From Oculina patagonica (lineage: Eukaryota): a DNA stretch of 64,000 nucleotides. A program made the translations under genes and the position numbers. Positions 38,027 through 50,561 of this stretch are shown here, piece by piece (positions within the stretch are counted from its first letter, which is position 1; every line of letters starts with the position of its first letter). The stretch spans positions 16,430,001 through 16,494,000 of the forward strand of contig NC_135768.1 of the NCBI RefSeq assembly GCF_052425735.1. Direction: 5' to 3'. The notes beneath the pieces are model-generated. The model made no database searches, was not told the origin of the DNA, and saw only the letters and a list, made by a program, of their open reading frames with translations.

Positions 38027-40238
38027 ATGGAGTCTCTTTTAGAAAACCTCAAACAACGTCTTACCTGCTCGATTTGTCTCAATATCTACGACGAGCCCAA
38101 AACTATATCATGTCTTCACACATTTTGCTGTGAGTGTCTGTCGAATCATGCAAGAGCAAGCCACAGACAAGGAAAATTTTCTATGTCCAGAATGCAGAGC
38201 CGAAATCGATTTACCCGAAGGAAATCGCTTCAAAAGTTTGCCGAGCAGTTTTTTCCACAACAGTTTGTTGAGTCTCCTTGCTGTTCGACGGAGTGGCGAT
38301 GGAAGTAACATTACTTGTTCCCAATGTCGAAAGGCCAACTCCCAGATGTTCTATTGTTTTGACTGTGGACGATTTATGTGCCCAGACTGTAACAACGCAC
38401 ACGAAATGTTAAAGGATTCATTCGAAGGGCACAAAGTCACGCCAGTGAAGGAGTTTAAAGCAGAAGATTACGAAGCCTTGCTGAAGCGACAACCATTTTG
38501 CTCGCAGCAGTTCCACGAGAAAGAAATCACGAGATTCTTTTGCTTTTCGTGTCAAGCTTGTGTTTGCCAAATTTGCATTGTCACGGATCATCGGAATCAC
38601 GAATTTCTTTTACTCGACAAAGCAGCCCATGACGAGAAACCCAACATCATGTCGGGCGCTAAAATGATCGAGGAAAAGATAAGAGAGATTGGTGAAGTGA
38701 TTCGACAATTTGAAGAAACGATTTCTAAGCTGGAAAACAATGTCACAACAGCTAAACGTGGAGTCTCGCAAGCTGCTGAACAAATGATCGCAAAGATTCG
38801 AGAGCGCGAGCGAGAGGCGATTGTATCACTCGAGACTACACGCGTGACGAGACTCAAGAGAATTGACTCGGCTATGCAGGAAGCGCAGTCCCTGGTCAAA
38901 CAAATGAAACAAGCGGTCTATTTTGCTAAAAATCTGGCAGAGAGAAGCTCTAGCTCAGATATCATGCAAAACAAGGAAACTTTGAAGCAGAGATTTGAAG
39001 TTCTGCGTGCAGTTGAAGTTCCTAAACATGACGAGACTTCATTTATCAAGTTTACTAAGGCTTCTCTAGAGGACTTGAAACTGGGTTTCATTGAGACCAC
39101 TGCAAAGAAGGCAGAGGCAAATCGATCTACGCTTGAAGGAATGGATCAAACTCTTCAGGCTGGTGTAGAAGCAGAGTTTACGTTGTGCCTCAAAACATCT
39201 GAAGGGAAGCTGAGTAACCAGGCTGATCTTAAAGATCAAGTTAAAGTTCTGATAGAACCTGCTAAAGATGTAACAAATGTGATGGTTAGCGAGAAAGAAG
39301 ACGGTAATCTGCAACTGAAGTTTATTCCGAAAGTACCAGGTGCTTACAGCATTGAAGTTAAGATCAATGGCGATAGACTTCCGACCTCTCCTTTTACTAT
39401 GCAGGTGAAAGAACGTAAACTTGTTGTAGTTGGAGAGTTGGACTTAAAATTCTTTCAAGGAGATAGGCCCCAAGGGTTATATGGGATCGCTATTAACACA
39501 GACGGAAAGATGGCTGTTATAGATAACAAAGGACACTGTGTTTATGTGTTCGATAACGAAGGCAACTGTTTAAGGACAGTTGGCAACCATAGATCAAATT
39601 CTGGACAATTTAACTATCCTGCTGGCGTTGTGTTTTTAAACGACAACGAGATTCTAATTGCAGACGAACTGAATCATCGAATACAACAAATAAATATCCA
39701 AACAGGAACTGTTGTAAAATGCTATGGAAAACGCGGTGCAGAAAAAGGAGAGTTAAAGAATCCACTTGATGTTTGTTTGGATGATGAAGGACACATGGTT
39801 GTAACCGAGGGCGGTAATCATAGGATACATGTGTTGTCAAAGGAAGCAGAAACTGTTTTCAGATTTGGAGACAGTAGCCCAGAGAAACTCGACCATCCAA
39901 CTTGCTGCTTTCCTTACAAAAACATTTTTCTCGTATCAGATAGATACAATAACTCAATTAAAGTTTACGATCAGTCAGGAACTTTTATGTACAAGTGTGG
40001 AACACAAGGGATTCAAAACGGACAATTTAACTTGCCGTGGGGTATGCTTGTAGACAGGTCCAATAATCTTCTTGTATGTGATTTTAAAAATGATCGAGTT
40101 CAGCAATTTTCTTTAGACGGTCGCTTCACAGGCAAAACTATCACTGATGTACCTCGTCCTGTTGGAATAGCAACAGCACCAGATGGACGTATTCTCGTCA
40201 CTAACTTTACAGCTAGGAAAGTATTTATACTGAAGTAG
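38027..40238 (+). CDS. TRIM-NHL E3 ligase copy 1 (TRIM2/3/71-like), intronless; +1 frameshift near 38173-38180 (probable assembly error, otherwise pseudogene)
   Basis: MESLLENLKQRLTCSICL..C3HC4 RING, two B-boxes, coiled coil, filamin repeat (PGAYSIEVKING), six NHL blades. The extra base in AAAATTTT is evident from alignment to copy 3. 736 aa if corrected. Confidence 0.85.
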
Positions 40239-41201
40239 ATGTTTAAGTTGTCCGTATTTGTAGTCGGTAGTCCTGTTGTGAAATGCGTCGTCTCTGTGAT
40301 GACACTTTTGTGCATTTTATTGTCTTGAAGCTAAATACATACATACATCACCATAATTTAAACCTAGGATTGCATGAGTAGCTGTTGTATGTTGAATGAA
40401 TGTTTCTATATGGCGATAAATAACCAAATAATAATGTAGACCAATGTAGTAAATAGCATGGTTATCATAATATTGTATTGTTTACGTTTGGAAAAGACGA
40501 ACTCATGTAGAACACATGTTTAAAAGATCAATTATTTGAATTTTTGTTACCTTCCGTGCTGCTTTAGAAACCAATATAGAAGTTTCTTGCAGCTCAAGTA
40601 GTTTGATGTCTGTGAAATAAGAAATATATATTCGTATTTTTTTTACCAGAAAAGTTTCGAAGCTCTGTTGTTTGCTAAGTCCATCAAAATTGTCACGGCG
40701 GACAATTTGAAAGACAAATTCTTCGTAGTATCAAATTGCGGTGATCAATGTATATAAAAAAGCATTTTTAAATATATTCCAATGGGTAAAAACATTTTTT
40801 GTTGCCTTTTTGAAAGAAGCTATTATTACTTGTCAGCCTCTAAGAAGACTTAGATGTGTTCGCTTAGTACAATCTGATTTTTATTGTTAAACTATTTTAG
40901 TATCTTTGAATAAAATAGTCTTAAAATTGCTCAAGCCAACTTTTTAACTACCCTGTTGCCTAATTAAACTTGAAAGCAAACACTATTTGGGTGAGTGAAT
41001 GAGTTGTACAGGCAAGACTGTTGTTTCCCATGATATTAGTCTCAACAGCGCGCTTTCTGTAGGATGTCCTGGGTCAGCTGTTTAAAAGTTTAAAAAACTC
41101 CCAGAAAACCGCAAACTACTCAAACAATGTAAGCTTGAAAATGAAATTACAGAAATTATATCGACAGCAAAAGGGTTCATGAATTGTCCATCAAAATTTT
41201 G

Positions 41202-41435
41202 CAGTGCTCGCAAAATTAGGCTTCTGCTCGGAATGCTCGCAAAATTTTAGTGAGTGCTCGTTTGCTCGTTGTCGCATATTTTTACAAGTGTTGGCATGCT
41301 CGATATTTCGGAGAGGTAGCGTTTTCAAAAGTGCTCGTTGCTCGCAAGGCTAGCTTTTATCAATGCTCGTGCTCGCAAAGAAAAACGCTCTGCGCGAATG
41401 CTCGTAAATTCTCGCAAAACCATTCGATACCCCTA
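41202..41435. mobile_element. MITE fragment with TGCTCG repeats (hAT-like end CCCCTA)
   Basis: About 10 copies of TGCTCG(C/T); ends TTCGATACCCCTA. Confidence 0.5.
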
Positions 41436-41979
41436 GCAATAAAATAGTCGTCATTTAGAAGAGTTCAAGTTCTACATTTTCCTATCTACAATCAAACGCG
41501 AACATCGGTAAGCGGAACTCGTTTAAACTCAGTTGTCCTGCATTCCAATGAAAAGCATCGCACAGATAGTCCTGGTGACGAGATTGTTGTTTTCCATGAT
41601 CTCGACCGAAACTGCGCATTCCTTTTTAATTCTTTTTTAATAGGAAAGAAAAAAATAAACGCTACGCAACTGCGGCATGCAGAAGCGATGACGTTTCCCA
41701 ATTTTGTTTTAATCATTTTTAGAGGATTTGTAACGTTAATAAAGTGGCTGACAGCTTCTGTGTTGGATGATTGTTAAACGAAAGTTGCGTTATCTTGTAG
41801 CTTGACATCCGACATACGATGTACGATACTCCTTGCGAGCGAGCAAGGTCACAGGCTGTCTGCATGATCTCGCAACTGTTTACACATGCCCATTGTATTA
41901 AAAGAATGTAGAGATGTCGCTCTTTTTACTGAATCTAATAGAACTCATCAAATATAATTTGTCTCTTTCGTTTACACTT

Positions 41980-42330
41980 AACAATTAGATTACGAGCCCG
42001 AGTTTTCTATAAGCAAATACTCAACGAGAGGCGCAGCCGAGTTGACTAACACTCATAAAAAACGAGGGCGATTAGTCTAATTGTTTTATTAGTATAAATC
42101 TACCAGCGTTCTATCATTAATCCTGTTCTCTGATTGGCTACGCTACTCACTATCTATTCTGTTGTAGAAAGTGAGTAGCCAAATAGCGTGCATTTGTCAA
42201 CAAAATGGCGGCCGCTTCTTTGCTTTTCAAATTGTCTGTGAAGAAGGACTTGGATGATTTATTATTCGAGGCGATTCCGGAGAAAACAAAGACTGCAACG
42301 AAATATGTAATGAAGAATTTACACGGTAAG
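41980..42330 (+). mobile_element. Crypton-like relics: terminal foldback plus first coding exon remnant
   Basis: About 110-bp hairpin AACAATTAGA...TCTAATTGTT at 41980-42085. ATG 42205 opens MAAASLLFKLSVKKDLDDLLFEAIPEKTKTATKYVMKNLH then GTAAG donor, resembling N-termini of DUF3504/Crypton proteins (from recall, not searched). Confidence 0.45.
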
Positions 42331-42596
42331 AAAACGATTTGAAATTAAAGTTCAATGATTTTTATTATTCATTTACGTTTTTAAAAGCGGGTGAGTTTTA
42401 TAACATTCGGAGATGCGTTTCACCGAGACATTCTGTGGAAATTAATTTTAAAATGGTTTGCAATCCAACACAATTTCATCGACCCCATCGAGGAGTAGTG
42501 AAAGAAGTGCAAAACAGATTGAACTTGCAAGTTTTTTATGCATCAATAAATTAAGCAACAAAATTGAAAGCGAATTCAAGGTTTTTTTGCTTGCGG

Positions 42597-43032
42597 GCGA
42601 CTCGTTCAACTTTTCATAAACTTCTAATAGTTCACGTTTTCTAGATTTAAAACAACTTGACTTCCAAAGGGCCTTTATTAGTCAGTATATCTTTCAGTTG
42701 TCATTTTATAATGAAAATCCTGCATTTTCTTTCAGTTTCGAGCAAATGACAATTTAAAAAATTCGTGAATGAAATGCAAAGGCGCACACAAAAGCTAAAG
42801 CAATGTGGTCTCATCCTTGCGAAAAACTCGTTCAACCTTTCAGAAATTTCTAATTTTAAGTTTCCGAATTTAAAAAAAAAATTGTCTTCCAAGGGCCCTT
42901 GTGCGTCAGTACATCTTTCAATCATCAATTTACAAACAAACTTGGCTTTTCCTTCAGTTTCGAGCAAATAACGGTTTCAATAAATCGTGAATGAAATTCA
43001 AACGCGCACACAGAAGCCAATGCAATGTGGTG
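42597..43032. repeat. Two diverged ~220-bp tandem units
   Basis: ACTCGTTCAAC...TTCAGTTTCGAGCAAAT...TCGTGAATGAAAT...GCGCACACA...GCAATGTGGT present twice. Confidence 0.8.
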
Positions 43033-43221
43033 CAGTTGTCAGTTATCACCGTGTGGCATGACAGTATTTATATCATTATCCAATTAAAACAAGAGCCTGT
43101 CTTGCTGTAAAGTTTTAAACGTCTAGTAGATTTATATAGTTATTAGTTTTGGATTCGTGGGTAAAGGATTTGTGTTTGGGTGCAATTTTCGATAGATATC
43201 GATAAGGTTCAATTCGTTCAT

Positions 43222-44350
43222 AAGGTTGCTATCTGAGGTTAGCATACTGACCTCGTGCTAGATTATTCTGTCTGAATTACTTAGGTGGTAAGTTCCCTAC
43301 GGAACTCACTTTATTATGAGGAACCATATTGAGCTTGTGCTGGATAATTCCGTCTTACTTTTGGTGGTGAGTTCCTTATGGAACTCATGTTATTTGAAGA
43401 CAGCATACTAACCTCGTGCTGGGTTATTCTCTGATCTTGGCCTTGTGCTAGATTATTCTGACTCACTTACTTGGGTGGTGTGTTCCTTATGGGATTCATG
43501 TTATCTTAGGGCAGCAGATTGACCTCGTGCTGGATTATTCTCTCTTACTTGTGTGGCGAGGTTCTTATGGAACTCGCGTTGTCTGTGAGCAGCATATTGA
43601 CCTCGTGCTGGATTATTCATTCTTACTTTGGTGATGAGTTCCTTATGGAACTCATGTTATTTGAGGGCAACATATGTTATGTGAGTTCCTAATGGAACTC
43701 ATGTTTTTTGAGGGTAGCATTTTAACCTCATGCTGGATTATTTACTCTTACTTGGGTGGTGAGTTCCTTATAGAACTCACGTTATGTGAGGACAGCATAG
43801 TGACCTCGTGTTAAATTATTCTCTCTCACTTACTTGGGTGGTGAGTTCTTTATTGAACTCACGTTATCTAAGTACACCATATTGACCTAGTGTGGTGAGT
43901 TCCTTACGGAACTCAAGTTATCTGAGGGCATCATATTGACCTCGTTCTAAATTAGTCTCTCTGGTAGAGAGTTCTTTATGGAACTCACGTTATCTGAGGA
44001 CACCTATATTGACCTCGTGCTAGATTATTTGTCTGACTTATTTGGATAGTGAGTTCCTTATAGAACTCATGTTATCTGAGAACCGCATATTGACCTCGTA
44101 CTGTATTATCCTGTCTTATTTACTTGGGTGGTGAGGTCCTTATGGAACTCATGTTATCTGATCGCAGCATATTAAGCTAAAATACCTAAAATCCTAAATC
44201 ATGCGAAATTTTGCTCGTTTCAGGTTGCTTTTGCTCCATAAATTGAAGTTACATGAAAAAAGCGCATTAGGAAGAAATTTGATCTGTTCTCTTAACCACC
44301 TACTAGATTATTCTATCTTACTTTGGTGGTGAGTTCCTCTATCGAACTCG
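43222..44350. repeat. ~80-bp minisatellite with a palindrome in each unit (13 palindrome copies)
   Basis: GTGAGTTCC-TTAT-GGAACTCAY at about 43288, 43367, 43478, 43556, 43634, 43681, 43759, 43841, 43895, 43967, 44049, 44131, 44329. Confidence 0.9.
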
Positions 44351-44709
44351 GATTTTCGAAAAATATCGTGATTTGTCAGTGTCTCGCATTGATCTTCTCG
44401 CCACCAACAAATCACGTTAATTTTCTCAAACTTCTTCAATAATTTCATCAAAGTATCTTGTTTCACCTATTAATTTTCAGAGCAACCGGGAAAATGTAAG
44501 AAAAGAGAAAGGACGAGCAAGTCTATACAGTGGACTGGGGAGAGAAAGTGCATGTTCGTCTCCAGTCAATTCTTGTTTTCCCAATTCACCTCCTTCAATC
44601 TTTCAATCTCGCATTTATTACACGCGAGAGAACAACCTTACCTCACATGAGAAGTTAGCAAAGCTATAGTGGTTGATCATTTTCAGTATCCCTCCATTTG
44701 TTATAAACC

Positions 44710-44835
44710 TGACTTTGTTTCCGTGAAATCTTAAATACATCCCTTCCGGCGGTTGTTTCGTTTCCTAGACAGTGGTGTGTCGGCAATGGAGTCCCTTTTG
44801 AAAAACCTCAAACTAATTACGTTTAATTACTTCGT
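44710..44835 (+). pseudogene. Relic TRIM-NHL 5' end (promoter module plus first 9 codons)
   Basis: ATG GAG TCC CTT TTG AAA AAC CTC AAA (MESLLKNLK) at 44786, identical in protein to the start of copy 2, then similarity is lost. Confidence 0.75.
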
Positions 44836-45403
44836 AAGTCAAAATTTTCAAATAGTTTAATTGTCTAAAAACAAAGCTCTCAGCAGGTTACGTTCTTGCA
44901 TTGATAACATGAAATGGTTGAACACGCTTGTTATTAAGATTTGATTTGCTACAAGCAGACAGCTGCGAAAGAAGATAATTCTGTTTTCTTGAAAACTGAA
45001 ATAACTTCTTGAAAGAATACTGTTTCAAAGTCTTAGTTAGCGATAGCTACCTTTGAAGTTCCTTTCTGTCAATAACGTTACACAGTTTAATGAAATCATA
45101 ACTTGCAAATTTTAAATGGTTTAATTGTCTAAAAATAAAGCTCACAGCAGACTACGATCATGCATTTATAAACATGAAACGGATGAACAACTACAACTAC
45201 AACTACACTATAATTAAACTTACATCGTTAAACTTCTTCTCAGCGGGATGATGGCGAGGTGAACGGACGTGCCCCGAGCTCTCTCCTCAAATTGTTTATC
45301 AATGTGCTTTTAAAAACGTGATATTGCTTTCTTCCTGTGTTTATGACCTTAAAGAGGCGAATGAGTATCAAAACCAGGTCTAAATAAAAAAAAAGGGAGC
45401 GAA

Positions 45404-46177
45404 ATGTCAGTAATTGACTCGTCTGATAAACTCGACTCTGTCCTGACCAAGATGGACGCCAAGATGGATGACTTATTAGAGGCGAAAGTCGAACAAGAAA
45501 GAAAGCTTAACTCTATACTGCAGAAATTAGAGAATCTTGAAACAAGCCAGAAGCAGACTGCCGAAGACGTCAAGAATTTGAAGCAAGGCTATGGTCTTCT
45601 GGAGGAACAAGTCACTGAAGTCAAAACCGACATGGCAGAGAAAGCGTCCCGCGTGGAGTTAGCCACACTCGAGAAGAGAATTGACGACCTTGAAAACCGA
45701 TCTAAAAGGAACAATGTAGTAATATGGGGTCTAAAAGAAGAAACAGAAAAGGGATACGATTCCCTAGAACTCTTCTTAGCGCATCATCTCTTCGAAAACC
45801 ATATGGGAATCAAAGACATCGAAGTAATGAGGGCGCATCGTACAAACATAAAGGAACGTGCTGCGACTGCAAAGGCAACACCGAGACCAATTCATGTTTA
45901 CCTTCTAAGGTACACGGATAAAGTGAAGATCTTAAAAGCTGCTTCCAACGCTCTTAAAGAAAAAGAATTCCACGATTGCCAAATCTTTATTTCAGACGAC
46001 GTAACAAAGTCGGTGCGCAAAGAAAGGGCCAAACTACGAAAAGATTATCTAAATGAAATCAAGCAAAGAGAAGAAGTGGATTTCGCCTTTATTCCTTGGT
46101 CGGTCCCGGCGCAGATATTATACAAGAAGGTTTCTTCTACAAAGCTATCATCCTTTAAACTGCCAAACGATGAGTAG
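45404..46177 (+). CDS. LINE ORF1p (coiled coil + RRM-like, L1-type)
   Basis: Heptad coiled coil then DDLENRSKRNNVVIWGLKE, RAHR, PRPIHVYL, IFISDD. Confidence 0.88.
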   Translation: MSVIDSSDKLDSVLTKMDAKMDDLLEAKVEQERKLNSILQKLENLETSQKQTAEDVKNLKQGYGLLEEQVTEVKTDMAEKASRVELATLEKRIDDLENRSKRNNVVIWGLKEETEKGYDSLELFLAHHLFENHMGIKDIEVMRAHRTNIKERAATAKATPRPIHVYLLRYTDKVKILKAASNALKEKEFHDCQIFISDDVTKSVRKERAKLRKDYLNEIKQREEVDFAFIPWSVPAQILYKKVSSTKLSSFKLPNDE

Positions 46178-46541
46178 TCACTCAAACAATTGCTTGAACT
46201 ATTGAACTGAACTGATTTGTGCTGTGATGGACAATTTGAACGCTCTCTCAGTTGAAACAAACTTTTAAATATTTAATATGCATATCATGTAAACTGGCTT
46301 TATTCAAAGGAGATCTCGGCGAAAGCGTGTCTTGAACCGCAATGGTAAGTGCGCTTTCGTTATTGTGTGTAACCAATGTGTGTGTCATGTTTTGTGTTTG
46401 TGCTGTGTTTAATGTTTCTGTGTTTATAAAATTCCACATATCTTGCCGATTACAAACATATCAATTGCTCAAACATGTTAATTATTGTAATAAGTTTTCG
46501 ATAAGTCTCTCATGGGAAAAATTTCTGAAAATGGTATATAG

Positions 46542-49500
46542 ATGACAAATGCTAAAACTAAGTCCGACAGCCTGAAATTGCTGTCTCTTAACGCGAGAGG
46601 CCTCAGTTATTTTCGAAAACGCAGAGCTATTTTCACCTGGTGCAGAAAACAAAAAGCAGACTTAATATTTCTTCAAGAAACTCATTCAACAGAAGCCGGC
46701 GAGTGTAAATGGAAAAAAGAATGGGGCTCTGAAATTATTTTCTCCCACGGGAGCTCCAATGCCAGGGGTGTTGCTGTATTAATTAAGAGGGGTCTTGATA
46801 TTGTCATTCAACAGGAGCTTCTAAATTCTAATGGCAGGTCGATTATACTAAAGGCATTAATTAAAGATAAAAGATACATATTGGCCAATATTTATGGTCC
46901 TAACAAAGATGCAGAGGCAGTTCGATTTTATCAAAATTTGTCGGCAACATTACGAAAAATGGATGCTGATAGTGATGATAATATTGTTGTAGGCGGTGAT
47001 TTTAATTGTCCTTTGAACCCGACTTTAGACAAAAAAGGTGGAATATTAATTCCACGGCAACATGTCATTAATTCGATAGAAAATGTTCAAAACGAATTCA
47101 GTCTTCATGATATTTGGCGCATCAAAAATCCAAACACCCGCAGTTTTACATGGAGCAGAAACCATCCTTTTATCTTCTGTAGACTCGACTACTGGCTGAT
47201 TTCAGACAAGTTGAATGATTTGGTCAAGCAGGTTGATATTCAGGCTTCAATTAAAACCGATCACTCATCAATAATATTAGAACTAGAAGATATCAAAGAA
47301 ACCCCAAGGGGACCAGGTTTTTGGAAATTGAACACCTCCCTTTTGGCCAGGCCTGATTATGTTGAGATGATAAGCAAAGAACTGCCTAATTGGCTGAAAG
47401 ATGCAGAGGATTTGTCAAATAAGCGAGCTAAATGGGACTGGCTTAAGTTTAAAATCAAGTCGAGTTCTATTGCTTACTCAAAAGAAATATCAAGAGATCG
47501 AAAAGGAAGAGAAGAAGAACTTAACTTAAAATATCAAGCCTTGCTTAAAATATTTCAGGAAAACCCTTGTGAAACAACAAGACAAGAAACTGAAAAGGTT
47601 AAAAGTGAATTGGAAGCACTATACGATGAAAAAGTAGAGGGAATTATCATACGATCCAGAGCAAGATGGCACGAGCATGGCGAGAAAAATAGCAAATATT
47701 TTTTTAAATTTGGAAAAGCGGAATAATATAAAGAAGCATATCCGGAAACTATTCGTGAGTGGTGCTATTACCACTGATCCTTTCGAAATATTAAATACTG
47801 AAAGGCGGTTTTACGAGAAGCTTTACAGTAAACAAAATACTAATGTAAATAGTGATGAAGCGAATTCCTTTCTTAACAATCCAGACTTATTAAGACTCCC
47901 TAAGGAATTAAGTGAAAGCTGCGAGGGAGAAATATCTCTTCAGGAATGTGAAAATATATTAAACACTTTTCAAGCTGGAAAAACGCCTGGCAATGACGGA
48001 ATCCCAGTGGAATTTTATAGAGCATTCTGGCCTTTATTAGGTAAATTTATGGTGGACTCTTTCAATGAGGCTTATGACAAAAAAGAAATGTCTCACTCAC
48101 AAAAACAGGCTATTATCACACTTATCGAAAAGAAGGGAAAGGACAGAAATTATTTGGAAAATTGGAGACCAATATCTTTGATTAACGTTGATGCAAAAAT
48201 TGCTTCTAAAGTAATTGCAGCTAGAGTCATTAAAGTCCTCCCGGAAATAATTCATTGTAATCAGACGGGATATGTAAAAGGCAGGTTTATTGGTGAAGCA
48301 GCTAGATCTATTATAGATGTTATGGATTATACAAAGAAGGAAAATGTACCAGGTATATTGCTCTTCGTTGATTTTGAAAAAGCTTTTGACAGCATCGATT
48401 GGGAATTTATGTTAAAATGTTTAGACGTGTTTGGTTTTGGACCTAGTATAAAAGGCTGGATAGAAACATTCTACAAAAATATAACCAGCTGCGTTATAAA
48501 CAATGGAATGTGCACATCTCACTTTGAGATACAAAGAGGAGTCAGGCAAGGAGACCCGTTGTCACCCTATCTTTTTATTATTGTTGCTGAAGTTCTAGCA
48601 ACTGCTATTCGAAGTAAACCAAATATTCAAGGTATTAAAATAGGGAAAGAGGAATTCAAAATTGTACAATATGCTGACGATCTTACCGCGTTTGTCCCGG
48701 ATGTCGATAGTGCACAACATATCTTTGTTTTGCTAGATCAATTTGAAAAGTGCTCTGGTTTGAAGGTCAACTACACGAAAACTGAAGCTATGTGGATAGG
48801 CTCCTGTCGAAATAATACAGCGGCGCCCCTTGGATTAAAATGGGTCAACACTGTTAAAGCACTTGGAATAGTTTTCACATATAATGAAACCGAACAGTTG
48901 CAGAAAAATTTTTACGATAAATTAAAAGGTATTCGGTTACAGACACGGCTGTGGCGCTGCAGGGGCCTCTCGCTGCTTGGCAAAATTACCATTATTAAAT
49001 CTTTTTTTGCTTTCGAAAATGAGTTATGTGTTCTTAGTTTTGCCAACTCCGCAAGAGTTTATAAAGCAACTCAACACTATTATACATAACTTCCTGTGGA
49101 ATGGATCTGATAAGATAGCCCGATTAGCAGCAATTAATGACATAAAATTTGGGGGGCTTAGGTTAACAGATATTGAGACGTCGATTAAATCATTAAGATT
49201 AGCCTGGCTAGGAAGAATTTTTTCGTCGGGCCGGACTCCATGGAAGGCCTTTATTGACCACCTGCTGGATAACTACGGTGGAATTTTTTTTGTTAGGTGT
49301 AATTATGATATTAAAGATTATAACTTCTATTCCATATTTTATAATGAACTCCTCCAATGGTGGGATGATTTTAGAAACTTTTTTTCTACTACGTCTCTCA
49401 CTTCCGAAAATATAATCTGGAACAATAAGCTTATCAAAATAGACGGCAAGAGCATTTACTACCACAATTATGTAAAAGCAGGAATTACTTCAACTAGCCA

Positions 49501-50315
49501 GATGCAATTCAATAAGGGCAATGTAGAGTCATACAATATTGCAACAAGTGCTGGTTTGAAACACTCAAAATTTTTTAACGTGGTCAGGAATTAGAAGTGC
49601 AATTCCTGGCAACTTAAAAGTTTTGGATGTTGATGGTAATAAAATCGGTTCATTAGAATTTTACTGTGGGGAAAAACCTTTCGATCCCTTATTATGTAAA
49701 AGTAAACAATTTTATGAATTACTTATTACAAAAAAGGCAATAGTATCAAGGGGTTTTACGAAGTTGAAAAATGCTTTTGGTTTAGATGACAGTACAGTGT
49801 CAAAGGTTTTTCTTAATTTGTTGTCTGTTTCATCGGAAACTTTTGTAAGAAGCTTTCAGTTTAAACTTCTAAATGATATTGTTTTTACTAATAAGCGACT
49901 AGCTAAAATAGGTTATGTTCCACATGATACCTGTACGTTTTGCAAAGTTAACCCAGAAACTGTATATCATTTATTTTACGATTGCCCTCTGACTCGTTTC
50001 TTTTGGGAAAACTTTGAAAACTTCTGGTTTGTACTGTCTGGCCAACGTGAGAAACTCACGTTACAAGATGTATTTATTGGTAAATTAGAAAAATGCGAGT
50101 TGTTAAACTATCTTATAACTCTTGCAAAATTGCATATATGGCTTAGCTTAAAACAATCTAAAATTCCAAAGTGTGAAGTATTTATAGAACTAGTTGACCA
50201 AAAATACAGAACCGAGAAATATATTGCTGTAAAAAATAATACACAGAAACAATTCCAGGCTAGGTGGCAATTATATAGGTGGTACTTATATATAATTAAT
50301 AGTTTACAAAATTAA
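46542..50315 (+). CDS. LINE ORF2p (APE endonuclease - reverse transcriptase - Cys knuckle), split by three +1 homopolymer frameshifts; about 1256 aa if corrected
   Basis: SLNARGL, FLQETH, GGDFN, RLDY, TDH (endonuclease); WRPISL, DFEKAFDS, GVRQGDPLSP, YADD (RT); CTFC..ETVYHLFYDC. Frameshifts near 47699-47705, 49002-49008 and 49567-49576. Confidence 0.92.
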
Positions 50316-50561
50316 TAGCTTACAAAAATTAATATACTTATATACTCTATAATAGCTTGTGAGAGTCTTTGTAAACACTTAATGTATTGTAATGTATTTT
50401 CAAAATGGCAATAAATATGTGGAAAAAAAAATAATTAAAAACATTTCTGAAATTTGATTGGCGCCTAGCAGACAGTGGTGACGTTAATTCATTCCCTTTT
50501 CTCAGAAATTAAAATATTGAGGTGTTTGTGTTTTACAAGCTTTACGGAGCGACGCCTAGTG

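Larger units (their letters stand above)
45219..50430 (+). mobile_element. Full-length LINE, L1/Tx1 clade
   Basis: 5'UTR, ORF1, 364-nt spacer, ORF2, short 3'UTR with AATAAA (50410) and A-tail; candidate TSD ATAATTAAA at 45210-45218 and 50431-50439. Confidence 0.92.

Noticed and set aside
43222-44350. CRISPR array
   Set aside because: Sequences between the palindromes are homologous to each other, not unique spacers; no cas genes; eukaryotic context.
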